64,000 nt of DNA from an uncultured Chloroflexia bacterium (GTDB taxonomy: Bacteria; Chloroflexota; Limnocylindria; Limnocylindrales; CSP1-4), in contig CAWFXA010000002.1 in the NCBI GenBank assembly GCA_963819655.1, forward strand, positions 32,001 to 96,000. Reading direction: 5' to 3'. This document shows, in pieces, positions 41,122-51,998 of this stretch. Position 1 is the first letter of the stretch. Each line of letters opens with the position of its first letter. The notes below the pieces were generated by a model. It was not told the origin of the DNA. It worked only from the letters and a program-made list of their open reading frames with translations, and ran no database searches. Position numbers and translations under genes: made by a program.

Positions 41122-42140
41122 CGTTCGACGCGGACGAGCGGCCGTTCGGCAAGCGCGACCGCCTCGCCCGGATGCTGCGCGTCGTCGCGGTGCTGCGCGG
41201 CCACCCCGACGGCATCCGACCCGCCGAGATCGCCCGCCGCACCGGAGTCGCGACGCGGACCGTCTACCGCGACCTGCGCGCGCTCGAGACCGAAGTGGGC
41301 GTCGCGGTCTGGTCGGAGGACGGGCTGTGGGGTGTCGTCGGCGAGGAGTTCCTGCCACCGCTCAAGCTGACCCTCGACGAGGCGATGGCCGTCGTGCTGT
41401 CGGCTCGCCTGATGGTCCGCTACGCCGACAAGTACGACCCGGACCTCGCCGCGGCGTTCGAGAAGCTCGAAGAAGTGCTGCCGCGGCCGCTCGCGGAGCA
41501 CGTCGAGCGGACTCTTGACGTCCTCGCCCAGCATCCGCGCGACGCCGCGTTCAGCGAGCACGTCCATCGGTTGACCCGGGCCTGGGCGGAGCGGCGGGTC
41601 GTGACGCTCGAGTACGAGCCGGCGCGCTACGGCCCCGATGCCGCCGCCCGGCGTGCGGTCGTCCGTCCGTACCTGATCGAGCCATCGCTCCAGACCCACG
41701 CCCTCTACCTGATCGGCTGGGACGAGACCCGCGACGCGCTGCGGACCTTCAAGATCGAGCGGATCAGGGATGTCGCGCTGACGCCGCGGACGTTCGACAT
41801 GCCGGAGGGCGACGGCGTCGAGGGAGCGCTGCGCCGGGCCTGGGACATCATCGCGGATCAGCCGCCGACAGAGATCGTTCTGCGCTTCGCACCGTCTGTC
41901 GCGACGCGTGTCCAGGAGGCGACGTGGCATCCGACCCAGCGGGTCGAGGTCGCGGCTGACGGCTCGCTGACCTGGCGGGCGACGGTCGCCGGGACGATCG
42001 AGATCCGGCTCTGGATCCTGTCGTGGGGCGACGATGTGGAGGTACTGGAGCCCGACGCTCTGCGATTTGACGTTGCCTCGACGCACCGTCGTGCCGGGGA
42101 GCGATACGGCTCGGACGGACAAGGGCTGGACGACTGGGTT
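41118..42140 (+). CDS. HTH-WYL-WCX transcriptional regulator (PafB/YafY-like); stop codon not seen, end approximate
   Basis: RTVYRDLRALE, PPLKLTLDEA, LYLIGWDE..RTFKIERI, WHPTQ, WILSWGDDVEVLEP. Confidence 0.9.
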
Positions 42141-42192
42141 AGGGTAGTCCGATCACGAACCAACGTGCCCCCCACACGTAAAGGACGTGCTC

Positions 42193-42997
42193 ATGCACCA
42201 CTCGCCCGCCCGGCGGCGGCTGGCCATCGCCATGCGCGCCGCCCTGATCGCCACGTTCGCGATCACCGTCTTCGCTCCGTCAGCGAGCGCGACATCCGCA
42301 TCGACCGCGGAGTCCAGCATCATCGGCTGGATCAACAGTGCCCGATCGGCGCGCGGCCTCGTCCCGCTCAGATACGACGGCGATCTCGCCGCGATCTCGG
42401 GTCTCCGCGCCAGTCGGATGGCGTCAGCCAACGTGATGAGCCACACGATCGGCGGCAACCTCTCGTCGCAGCTCAATGCGTACAACGTGAACTGGTACCG
42501 CTACGGCGAGAACATCGGCTGGTCCACCGCAACGTGGCCGTCGACCTCCGGCCGAGCGATCTTCAACGCCTGGATGAACAGCTCCTCGCATCGGGCGCTG
42601 ATCCTGAGCAGCCGCTTCAACTACGTCGGCGTCGGCCTCGCCTATCGGTCGTCGGGCCACAAGACGTTCGGGTCGGCGGTGTTCGCCGAGACGTCCGACC
42701 ACACACGGGCGGTCGGACGGGTGACAGGCTCCTCCGCGATCCGGCGACGACGTGCGCTGGTCGTGGAGCGGCTACGACCCGCGGCTCCAGACCCACACCG
42801 CCGGACTGGCCCATTTCGACGTCCAGTACCGGATCAACTACGGGACGTGGGTGCTCCTCCGAAACAACACCTCGCAGACGTCCCTCAGCCTCGCCAACAG
42901 ATCCCACGGTCGGTCCTACTCGATCCGCGTGCGGGCCACCGACCGACGTGGCAATGTGGGTGCATGGAGCAGCGAGGCGCGTATCTGGGTCCCCTGA
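42193..42997 (+). CDS. Secreted CAP/SCP-domain protein with C-terminal fibronectin-III-like domain, frameshift near 42745
   Basis: INSARSARGLVPL, GENIG, WMNSSSHRALIL, VGVG; WSG...FDVQYR...YSIRVRATDRRGNVGAWS. Confidence 0.85.
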
Positions 42998-43007
42998 CGA
43001 CCCAGCC

Positions 43008-44417
43008 ATGAGGCGGCACCCGTTCGCCGCCGTCAACCTCATCAGCGACCCGATCCACGGGTATATCGAACTCACGAAGCGGCTCTCGCCGTCGGAGTCG
43101 GCGGCCGCTGGACTGCCGGAAGAAGACGTCGCCGAGGAGGACCTCCTCGACACGGCGTGGCTCCAGCGGCTCCGCCGCATCAGTCAGCTCCAGAGTGCTC
43201 GGTGGGTCTTCCCGACCGCCGAGCACTCTCGATTCACCCACGGCCTCGGCGTCATGCACGAGGCCGGGCTGTGGGCCCGATCGCTGTATCCCAGCCTGCG
43301 AACCGCTTTGATCGCGGAAGGCGAGGCCGACATCCCGTCCGAGGGCCTGGTGACCGAGACCATGCGGATGGCTGGGCTGCTCCACGACGTCGGGCATGGG
43401 CCGTTCGCCCACTTCTTCGACGATCACGTGCTGTCGGCGTTCGAGGCTCCCGCAGATCCGCGCCGGCCCGACGCCAAGCGCCTGACGCACGAGGACCTGA
43501 GCGGCCGGATCATCGGTGAGCTCGGTGCGTCGCTACGCGGTCTGCGCCGGGCGCCGGGTGCCGTCGCCGAGCGGGACGCGCTGCGCGACGACGAGTCCAT
43601 CGACCCGGCGTGGGTCGCGTTCCTCATCGCGAAACCTGCCCTCAGCGATCCCGCGATGCCGCGCTGGGTCCGCTGGCTTGCGCCCCTCCTGTCCGGAGTC
43701 TTCACGGTCGACAACCTCGACTACGTGCGACGCGACGCGTACCTCACCGGGGTGACCGCGGGGCCGGTCGACGTCGAGCGGCTGCGCCGGTACACGTTCA
43801 TCGGCGGTGACGGACTCACGCTGTTCGAGCCGGGGCTCGGCGCGCTCGAGATGTTCCTGAGCGCAAGGCGATTCATGTACCAGCAGGTGTACTTCCACCG
43901 GACGGTCCGGGCCATCGACCTGGACCTCGCCGAGGTGTTCGGGTCGTCGATCCGGGCGATCTTCGGAGACGGCTCACCGGCCGATCGGCTGGCCGCCTAC
44001 GCCGACCTCGACGAGTACGCGCTGCTCCATCAGGCGGCGCGCTGGGCGCGTGGCCTCGACGTGGTGGAGCACGGCGGACGTGCGCCCGAGCCGGGCGACG
44101 GCCGGGTGGCGCCGGAGCTCGCCGCCGCGTGGCGGGCGATCCTGCTCCGCCAGCCGACCTGGCGATCCGAGGCCGAGGTACGTGCTGAATACGAGGCAGG
44201 CGATCCGCCCCGTGCTGTCATCGAGTCGCTGGGCGAAGCGGAACCGGGCCGGGTTGCGATCGACCTCGCGGTCATCGACGCCCGCCCGGCCGACGCGACC
44301 GCCACCGACCGCCTCCTCGCGCTCGAGGGCCGGGATGGCTCTGCGATGTCGCTGTCGAGGTCGCTCGGGTCGATCCCCGCCTACTGGCTGGTCGGCCGGC
44401 GCTACCGCCGCCGCTGA
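43008..44417 (+). CDS. HD-domain phosphohydrolase (SAMHD1-like dNTP triphosphohydrolase family)
   Basis: DPIHGYI, LQRLRRISQL, FPTAEHSRFTHGLG, LLHDVGHGPFAH, DNLDYVRRD, MYQQVYFH. Confidence 0.9.
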   Translation: MRRHPFAAVNLISDPIHGYIELTKRLSPSESAAAGLPEEDVAEEDLLDTAWLQRLRRISQLQSARWVFPTAEHSRFTHGLGVMHEAGLWARSLYPSLRTALIAEGEADIPSEGLVTETMRMAGLLHDVGHGPFAHFFDDHVLSAFEAPADPRRPDAKRLTHEDLSGRIIGELGASLRGLRRAPGAVAERDALRDDESIDPAWVAFLIAKPALSDPAMPRWVRWLAPLLSGVFTVDNLDYVRRDAYLTGVTAGPVDVERLRRYTFIGGDGLTLFEPGLGALEMFLSARRFMYQQVYFHRTVRAIDLDLAEVFGSSIRAIFGDGSPADRLAAYADLDEYALLHQAARWARGLDVVEHGGRAPEPGDGRVAPELAAAWRAILLRQPTWRSEAEVRAEYEAGDPPRAVIESLGEAEPGRVAIDLAVIDARPADATATDRLLALEGRDGSAMSLSRSLGSIPAYWLVGRRYRRR

Positions 44418-44450
44418 GTTCCGTGCCGCTGACGCTGGCTTTCGGAGCTC

Positions 44451-44607
44451 CGCGCATTCGTTCCGGTTCCGTCACTAGGGCTGACATCGTCACTGTCAGT
44501 GACGAAACGCCCACGGCCGTGCACGGTCGATCGCCCATCCGACAGTCCGCCGTAGTCTGGGCGATCGGCGGACGCTCATTCGTTGCGGTTCCGTCACTGA
44601 GGCTGAC
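44451..44607. repeat. Inverted, diverged copy of the 13.4-kb palindromic element, 122-bp period
   Basis: GTCACTAGGGCTGACATCGTCACTGTCAGTGAC at 44471-44503 and GTCACTGAGGCTGAC at 44593-44607; the spacer aligns without gaps to the reverse complement of 13437-13525. Confidence 0.85.
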
Positions 44608-44618
44608 CGGCGGACGCG

Positions 44619-45395
44619 TCAGGAAGCAAATCGCCGGGCCGCGTCTGCGTAATCGCGATATGGCGCCGGGCTCCGGCGCCCATCCAACCGCGTGGGGATC
44701 AGCCACGCTGCTCGTCGACTCGACGGGTCGATCAGCGCCAAGCCCCGATGCGGATCAAGACTTGGTATGCCATCCAGGACGGCCCGCATCTCGGTCGCTC
44801 GCATACGAAACCCTTCTCGGAGAAGGTCTCGGTCGCGACCGATGGCGTTCTCGACCTCGTCGGATTGCAGCAGCAACAGCCAGCTCACGACGCCTGACGG
44901 TCGCCACCCGAACCTGGCCACCGCGACCGCCGGTGCGGAGCGTTCGTACCACGCGATCTGCCGCTCGATGGCGCCAAGGTCATCCAGACGCGTCTTGATC
45001 TCGACGATCACGAGCGTGCGCGACCCCGGATGGAATGCGAGGAGGTCGATCCATCCGTGGGACCGTGCGTGCACGATCTCGACTTCTCGGGCGACCAGCC
45101 ACCCGCCTGACCCAAGGCGTCGGCCCACGTAGCCCGAGCATCGCGAGTGGACGACGCTCGTCGATCGCGGATCGACGACGACGGGTCGGTGGCCGACGAG
45201 CTCCAGATCGAGTCCTAGTGAATTGCCGATCCGCATGACCACGTCCAGCGATGGGTTGACCTTGCCCGCTTCGATCCCTGCGATGTACGAGCGCGACACC
45301 CCGACGACTGTCGCGAGTTCCTCCTGCGTGATGTCCAGCATGACGCGAGTCTCACGACAGAGGCGGGCGAAGCTCATCCGGAGTGGGTTCGGCAT
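44619..45395 (-). CDS. XRE-family HTH fused to a PD-(D/E)XK restriction-endonuclease-like domain
   Basis: ITQEELA..VGVSRSYIAGIEAGKVNPSL; REVE...GWIDLLAFHP...IVEIKT...QIAWY. Confidence 0.8.
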   Translation of the reverse strand: MPNPLRMSFARLCRETRVMLDITQEELATVVGVSRSYIAGIEAGKVNPSLDVVMRIGNSLGLDLELVGHRPVVVDPRSTSVVHSRCSGYVGRRLGSGGWLVAREVEIVHARSHGWIDLLAFHPGSRTLVIVEIKTRLDDLGAIERQIAWYERSAPAVAVARFGWRPSGVVSWLLLLQSDEVENAIGRDRDLLREGFRMRATEMRAVLDGIPSLDPHRGLALIDPSSRRAAWLIPTRLDGRRSPAPYRDYADAARRFAS

Positions 45396-45483
45396 CGTGG
45401 CAGTCAAGCACCAACCGATTGCCTGGCGATAAACCGAGTCACGGACACGCGGCCACCGACGGTATGCGACTCTGGTAGGCGCC

Positions 45484-46273
45484 ATGACTGACACCTCGCG
45501 ACCACCGATGGACGCTCCGGCATCCGCCTACGACCGGCGGTGGATCGCCACGCACCTCGCCGAGGAGCGCCAGGAAAGCTCCCTCCTCGGTGAGATCCGC
45601 GAGGTGGTGTTCGGCCTGCAGGACGGCCTGGTCTCGACGCTGGCCGTGGTGGCCACCGTCGCCGGCGCGTCGGGGCAGGCCTTTCCGGTCATCGTCGCCG
45701 GTATCGCCAGCGGCCTGGCCGGCGTGTTCTCGATGGCGGCCGGCGAGTACATCGGCAGCAAGAGCCAGCGTGAGATCTTCGACGCCCAGATCCACGAGGA
45801 GCGCCACGAGGTCGAGGAGCGGCCCGGTGAGGCCGAGGCCGAGGTAGCGTTCATGCTCACCGAGGAGGGCCTCGAGCGAGGAGGAGGCGGCTCGGATCGC
45901 CGCTCTGATGGCAAGCCATCCCGAGGTCCTCCTGCGCACGATGGTGACGCGCGAGCTCGGCATCCAGGTCGACGAGCATGGCGGCAGCGTCCTCCGTGGG
46001 GCGCTGTTCATGGGAGCGGCGTTCGGCCTGGGCGCGCTGGTCCCGATCCTGCCCTTCCTGCTCCTCCCGATCGGCATGGCGATCCCGACCGCAGTGGTCG
46101 CCACAGGGCTTGTCCTGTTCGGCATCGGCGTCGTGAAGAGTCGCTGGACTCATCGCTCCGCGTTGTCGTCCGGTCTCGAGGTCCTGATGCTGGCGGCCGT
46201 GGCCGGCATCGCCGGCTACCTCTTCGGGACCGTGCTGCCGCAGCTGCTCGGAGTCGCCGGGATCGCGGCGTAG
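45484..46273 (+). CDS. VIT1/CCC1 Fe/Mn transporter, frameshift near 45880
   Basis: REVVFGLQDGLVS, FSMAAGEYIGSKSQ, RELG, GALVPILPF. Confidence 0.9.
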
Positions 46274-46275
46274 CC

Positions 46276-48973
46276 CTAGCCGACCTTCGCGCCGCCGGGC
46301 GGTGCCTGCCGGATCGCCGCGAGCACCCGATCCGGCGTCGCAGGCACGACATCGATCCGGACGCCGATCGCGTCGCGGATCGCGCCGAGGATCGCCGGTG
46401 CGGTCGGGATCAACGCGGGCTCGCCGACGCCCTTCGCGCCATACGGTCCGGTCGGCTCGGCGTCCTCGATGAGGTGGCACTCGATCGGCGGTACGTCGCC
46501 GATGGTCGGGATCAGGTAGTCGTGGAGGTTGTCGGTCCGGCCGGCGTGGTACTCCTCCATGAGCGCGAAGCCGAGACCCTGCGCGATCCCACCGTGGATC
46601 TGCCCCTCGACCAGCATCGGGTTGATCGCCCGCCCGACGTCGTGCGCCGCCACGATCCGGCGGACGACGGTCGTCCCGAGCTCGATATCGACGTCGACGA
46701 CCGCGATCTGGGCGCCGAACCCGTACGTCTCGTACGGGATGCCCTGTCCGTCGGCATCGAGTGGCGTCGTCCGCGGGTCGTAGGTGCCGGTGCCGAGGAG
46801 GATGCACCCCTCGACATCGACCGGCAGCGCGGAGAGGTCCGGCCCGGCCATCTCGATCCGGCGCAGCAGGTCCGCGGCGGCGAGCTTCGTCGCGTTGCCC
46901 GACACGAACGTCTGGCGGGATGCTGACGTCTTGCCTGCGTCGGCGGTCCGGTCGGTGTCGCCGGCGACGAGATCGATGGAGGCCACCGGCGTCTCGAGCG
47001 CATCCGCCGCGATCTGGGTGAGGATCGTGTTCGAGCCCTGCCCGATATCCTGCGCGCCGCTGAACAGGACGTACGACCCGTCGGGTCGCAGGCCGATCCG
47101 GATCGTCGACGGGTTGGTCAGCGACGTGTTGCCGATGCCGTACCACATCGCCCCGATGCCGATGCCCCGACGGATCGGGCTGCCGTCGGCGGCGGCGACC
47201 CGCGTTGTGGTGTCGGGCGTCCTCCGTCCCCTCGACCCAGGCCGGGCGCAGGGCCTCGAGGCAGGGCACCAGGCCTGCGCTTGCGGCGAGCACCTGGCCG
47301 GTCGCCGTCGTCGACCCGGCTCGCAGCGCGTTGCGGAGCCGGATCTCGAGGCGATCGATGCCGAGCTCCGCCGCGACGTCGTCGACGAGGGCCTCGCCGG
47401 CGATCGCGGACTGGGGCACGCCGAAACCGCGGAAGGCACCGCAGATCGGGCCGTTCGTATAGATCGCCCGGGTCGTCGCCCGAACGGCCGGCACCTCGTA
47501 CGGCCCCGAGGCATGCACCGGGACGCGGTTGGCGACCGTCGGGCCCCAGGAGGCGTACGCGCCGGTATCGAAATCGCCGTGGAACGTCAGGGCCGTGAAC
47601 CGGCCGTCGGCGTCCGCACCGAGCGACGCGGTCATGCGCGCCGGGTGCCGCTTGGTCGTCGAGCGCATCGACTCCGGGCGGGTGTAGACGCAGCGGACCG
47701 GGCGGTCGAGAAGCCACGCGGCCACCGCGATCATCGGTTGGAGGGACAGGTCGAGCTTCCCGCCGAAGCCGCCGCCGCAAGCGGTCGGGACCACGCGCAC
47801 CCGGTCCGGCGCGAGCCCGAGGATCAGCGCGATCTCGTCGCGGTCCATGTATGGCGTCTGGGTCGACGCAACGACCTCGATCCGGTTGCCGTCGCGTCGC
47901 GCATAACCGGCCTCCGGTTCGATGTAGGCATGCTCGAGGTGACCCGTCTGGAACGTCCCGGTCGCCACGATCGTGGAGGCGGCCAGCCCCGTGTCCACGT
48001 CTCCGCGCACGACCCGGCCGCTCGTCAGGACGTTGCTGGGAAACGCGTCGTGGAACTGGGTCGTGCCGGGGGCCGCGGCGACCGCCGGGTCGAGGATCGG
48101 CTCCAGCGGCACCCAGTCGATCGGGAGGTCGCCATCATCGATGCGCCCGATCGTCTCGGCGTCGCCGACCAGGGCCGCGATCGCCTCGCCGCGGAACCGG
48201 ACGTACCCGTCTGCGAGGACCGGCTGGTCCTTGCCTGTCGCATAGATCCCGTAGAGGTTCTGGCCGGGCACGTCCCCGGCCACGAGCACCCGCACGAGCC
48301 CAGGGTTGGCGGCATGAAGCGGCGCGAGGTCGCCGATCGTGAAGCGCGCGTGGGCATGGGGCGACCGAACCGCCCGCAGATGTAGTACATCGATGGGCGC
48401 GCGATCCGCGCCGAAGGACGTCGTGCCGGTGACCTGGTCGATCCCGTCGACGCGGGCGATCCGCGCCCCGACCGCGGCACCCGTCGGCACCGGCGGGGTG
48501 TCCTCGTTCGCGCCCGCGTCGACCGCGGCCTCGACGATCTTGCGATAGCCGGTGCAGCGGCACAGGACGCCGCCGAGCGCATCCATGACCTCGGTCTCGG
48601 TCGGGTGCGCCCGCGTCGCGAGGAGGGCATCGGCGGCCATCAGCATGCCCGGCGTGCAGATCCCGCATTGCGCCGCGCCGGTCCGCAGGAACGCGGCCTG
48701 GATCGGGCGCAAGGAGTCGCCGGAGGCGAGGCCCTCGACGGTGTCGACCGCGCGGCCGTCCAGCTGACCGAGCGGGACGAGACAGGCGCACACGGGGTCG
48801 CCGTCCAGGCGAACCGTGCAGGCGCCGCAATCGCCGGCATCACAGCCGACCTTCGTGCCGGTCAGAGCAAGGTCGTCGCGCAGGACTTCGCTGAGCCGCC
48901 GCATCGGGTCGCCCTCGACCGCGACATCCTGGCCGTTGACCCTGAAGGTCGTCGGTCGGGTCGGCACGTCCAT
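46276..48973 (-). CDS. Xanthine-dehydrogenase-family Mo hydroxylase with fused 2Fe-2S domain (nicotinate dehydrogenase-like), frameshift near 47210
   Basis: GTKVGCDAGDCGAC, QCGICTPG, LCRCTGY, HAYIEPE, GGGFGGK, AFRGFGVPQ, GKTSASRQT, GAKGVGE. Confidence 0.9.
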
Positions 48974-49809
48974 CACGCGAGCACCTGCGCGACCGCGCGC
49001 CGCACCAGGGTCAGCGCAGCGTCGCGTCGGTACGCCGCCGTGGCGCGCACGTCGTCGATCGGGCTGAGGTCGGCCAGATCGGCCGCCGTGATCTCGTCGG
49101 CGAGCGCCGCCGCCGGCATCTGTCCCACCAGTCGTACCTCGGCCGCACCGACCCGCTGCGGCACTTCGGAGCACGCGCCCACCACGATCCGTGCCCTCGA
49201 GATCGCACCGTCGCCGCCTCGCTCCACCACGACCGCCACCATCGCGATCGAGATCACGAGATACGCGCGCGACCCGAGCTTGAGGAACGCCGACCGGGCC
49301 GAAGCCGCAGGGCGTGGCACGAGGACTGCCGTGACCAGTTCGTCCCGCCGCAGGGTCGTCCGGCGATTGCCGACCACGAACGCGCCGACCGGCACTTCCC
49401 GCCGGCCCGCGGCCGAGACCAGCTCGACGCGTGCGTCGAGCGCCATGAGGTTCGGCAGCCCGTCGGCGGCAGGCGAGGCGTTGCACAGGTTCCCGGCGAC
49501 CGTGCCACGGTGCTGGATCTGGACGCCACCCACGGCGCGCGCCGCCGCCTTCAGACCATCGAAGGCGGGCGGCAGGTCGGCACGGATCACGTCGGTCCAC
49601 GTCGCGAGCGCGGGGATCCGGATCACATCGTCGGTAGCGACGATGGCCCGCAGCTCGGGCAACGCCGTCACGTCCAGGATGTCGTCGCCGACCCACCGTC
49701 CGACCCGAGCCGGATAGATGTCGGTGCCACCGGCGAGCATCGTCCGCGGACGCTCGGCCAGCGCCGCCAGCGCATCCTCAAGGCTGTTCGGTCGCAGGTA
49801 GCTGGCCAT
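48973..49809 (-). CDS. FAD-binding subunit of the Mo hydroxylase
   Basis: AGGTD, VGGVQIQHRGTVAGNLCNASPAAD, PIDDVRATAAYR. Confidence 0.93.
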   Translation of the reverse strand: MASYLRPNSLEDALAALAERPRTMLAGGTDIYPARVGRWVGDDILDVTALPELRAIVATDDVIRIPALATWTDVIRADLPPAFDGLKAAARAVGGVQIQHRGTVAGNLCNASPAADGLPNLMALDARVELVSAAGRREVPVGAFVVGNRRTTLRRDELVTAVLVPRPAASARSAFLKLGSRAYLVISIAMVAVVVERGGDGAISRARIVVGACSEVPQRVGAAEVRLVGQMPAAALADEITAADLADLSPIDDVRATAAYRRDAALTLVRRAVAQVLA

Positions 49810-49817
49810 CGGACCGG

Positions 49818-50801
49818 TCAGTCGCGGACGAGCGGTAGCACGTCGGAGGCGATCCGCTCGAGGGCGTCCGGGCTCCAGTCGAGCGGGTTGAGGATGACGT
49901 GCTCCACGCCACCGAGCGCCTCGATCTTGCCGCGGATCCGCTCAGCCAGGGCGTCGGCCTCGCCGAGGAGATAGAACTCCTGCCAGTAGTCGAGATCCAT
50001 GCCGGAGAAGGTGCGGAACTTGGCTGCGGCACTGTCCGGCGATTCGCCCGGCCCGAGGACGTGGATGAAGTTCGAGTAGACCTTGGTCATCTGGTCGGGG
50101 TTCCGCCCGAAGCCCGCCATCTCCTCCTGGATGATCGCCCAGTCGCCGGCCACCATGTCCGCGGTCGCCGACGAGTGCGGCACCCACGTCGATGCGTACT
50201 TGGCGATGCGGCGCAGCACGGGGCGGATGGTGTCGACCTGTTGGCCGTAGATCTTCTCGGACGGCTGCGTGCCACCGCCGATCCAGATCGGTGGATGAGG
50301 CCGCTGGACCGGCTTGGGCTCGATCGTCAGGTCAGCGAACCGATAGAACTGGCCCTCGTACGTGACGTTGTCGCCGGCCCACAGCGCGGTGATCGCTTCG
50401 AGCATCTCGTTCATGCGGCGGCCGCGTTCACGGAACGGGATGCGCAGCGCCGCGAACTCCCCTTCGTGCCAACCGACGCCGACACCGAGGATCGAGCGGC
50501 CGCCGGACAGGACGTCGAGCGTCGCCCACTCCTTCGCGAACGCGACGGGGTCGCGGAACGGGAGAACCAGCACCAGGGTCCCGAGGCGCATCGTCCGGGT
50601 CACGCCGGCCAGTGCGGACAACAGCGAGATCGGCTCGAGCCAGGTCGTTCGATAGGCGGGCGGGGCGACGAGTAGATGGTCGATCAGGACCGCGCTTTCG
50701 AAGCCGAGGTCCTCCGCTCGTCGGAGATACGCACCCATGTCCAGGAGACTCGCCGTGTCGTCCCCGAGCGCGAAGCTCGGCAGCCGTAGGCCGAACCGCA
50801 T
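49818..50801 (-). CDS. LLM-class (luciferase-like, probably F420-dependent) oxidoreductase
   Basis: AEDLGFES..IDH, LGTLVLVLPFRDP..FAKEWATLDVLSGGR, PKPVQRPHPPIWIGG. Confidence 0.88.
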   Translation of the reverse strand: MRFGLRLPSFALGDDTASLLDMGAYLRRAEDLGFESAVLIDHLLVAPPAYRTTWLEPISLLSALAGVTRTMRLGTLVLVLPFRDPVAFAKEWATLDVLSGGRSILGVGVGWHEGEFAALRIPFRERGRRMNEMLEAITALWAGDNVTYEGQFYRFADLTIEPKPVQRPHPPIWIGGGTQPSEKIYGQQVDTIRPVLRRIAKYASTWVPHSSATADMVAGDWAIIQEEMAGFGRNPDQMTKVYSNFIHVLGPGESPDSAAAKFRTFSGMDLDYWQEFYLLGEADALAERIRGKIEALGGVEHVILNPLDWSPDALERIASDVLPLVRD

Positions 50802-51988
50802 CAGTGCCCGCCCGCGCGGACCGGGGGTCCGGTGACGACCTCGGCGATCCGCCCCGCCGGCGCCGTATTGCGACTGCGCCCGATCAGCGGCACGCCGTCG
50901 ACGATCACCATCGAGACGCCGGGGAGGTCCCCGGTCGCGAGCGCCTCGAGGGCCGTCGAGCCGACGCTGCCGATGGGCGCATCCACGATGCACAGGTCGG
51001 CGACCCGACCAGGGGCGATGACACCGATATCCAGACCGTGGACGCGCGCCGTATTGCCGGTCGCAAGGGCGACGACGGTCTCTGGCGGGACGCCACCGAT
51101 CGACGCGAGATGGGCCATCAGCCGGAGGATGCCAAGCGGCACGACGCCCGTCCCCGACGGGGCATCGTTGCCGAGGATGACGCGGGCCAAGGCACCGGCA
51201 TCCGAGGCCTTGCGCAACGCCACCAGCGCGGTCCGGCCGTTCCCGCAGTGCACGAGCTCGAGCGCGATGCCGGTGTCGGCTGCGACGAGGCGATCGATGT
51301 CGGCCTCCGGGAGCGATGTCGTGCCGCCGTTGATGTGGCCGGCGATGTGAGGGTTCGCCTCGAGGACGGCATCCGCCCCGATCGCCCCCGACCCGGGTAG
51401 CGACGGGCCGCCGGTGTGGTAGGTCGACACCATGCCATGGGCGCGGCCCCACGCGACCATCGGGGCTGCGTCGGCGCCGGTCTTGACCGACCCGAGCCCG
51501 ATCTCGCCGATGAGCCGCACGCCGCCAGCGGCCATCTCGGCAAAGTCTGCCTCGACCAGTCCCTGCTCGAGGATCGGAGCGCCCGCCCGCACCTTGACCC
51601 CACCGGGGCGGAACGTCGCATACGCGCGAGCGATCGCGATGGCCAGTGACTTGAGCCCGACGATGTCCTTGGGACGGCCTGGCACGTGCGGTTCGCCGGC
51701 CGAGATCATCGTCGTGACCCCGCCGTGGAGCGACGACTCGATGAAGTCGACGGTCCGCTGGCGGGGCGTGAAGTCACCCACGACCGGGTGGGCGTGCGAG
51801 TCGATGAGGCCGGGGATGACGGTCGTCCCTTTCGCGTCGATGACGACGTCCGCGTCGCCCCGATCACCCACGCCATAGCCGACGGCATCGATCAGGCCGT
51901 CGACGATCGAGATCGAGTCGCCATCGATGAGCGGCGCGTCGATGTCGCCCGAGACGATCCGGCCGATGCCGGTGATCAGCGTCTGCAC
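50801..51988 (-). CDS. Enamidase-like amidohydrolase
   Basis: IGRIVSGDI, DSHAH, PRQRTVDFIESSLHGGVTTMISAGEPHVPGRPKD, HTGG, GHINGG, VHCGN, GNDAPSG resemble Eubacterium barkeri enamidase. Confidence 0.85.
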   Translation of the reverse strand: MQTLITGIGRIVSGDIDAPLIDGDSISIVDGLIDAVGYGVGDRGDADVVIDAKGTTVIPGLIDSHAHPVVGDFTPRQRTVDFIESSLHGGVTTMISAGEPHVPGRPKDIVGLKSLAIAIARAYATFRPGGVKVRAGAPILEQGLVEADFAEMAAGGVRLIGEIGLGSVKTGADAAPMVAWGRAHGMVSTYHTGGPSLPGSGAIGADAVLEANPHIAGHINGGTTSLPEADIDRLVAADTGIALELVHCGNGRTALVALRKASDAGALARVILGNDAPSGTGVVPLGILRLMAHLASIGGVPPETVVALATGNTARVHGLDIGVIAPGRVADLCIVDAPIGSVGSTALEALATGDLPGVSMVIVDGVPLIGRSRNTAPAGRIAEVVTGPPVRAGGH

Positions 51989-51998
51989 AACGGGCGCC

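Noticed and set aside
40698-44417. 1239-aa ORF suggesting a WYL-HD dNTPase fusion
   Set aside because: The middle part is an Arg-rich off-frame reading of the CAP gene, which itself has a frameshift. The HD gene has its own ATG at 43008, so the fusion is probably an indel artefact.
37368-47210. Pseudogene or programmed-frameshift calls for the ABC permease, CAP, VIT1 and Mo subunit genes
   Set aside because: Single indels in otherwise intact genes without slippery motifs fit long-read consensus errors better.
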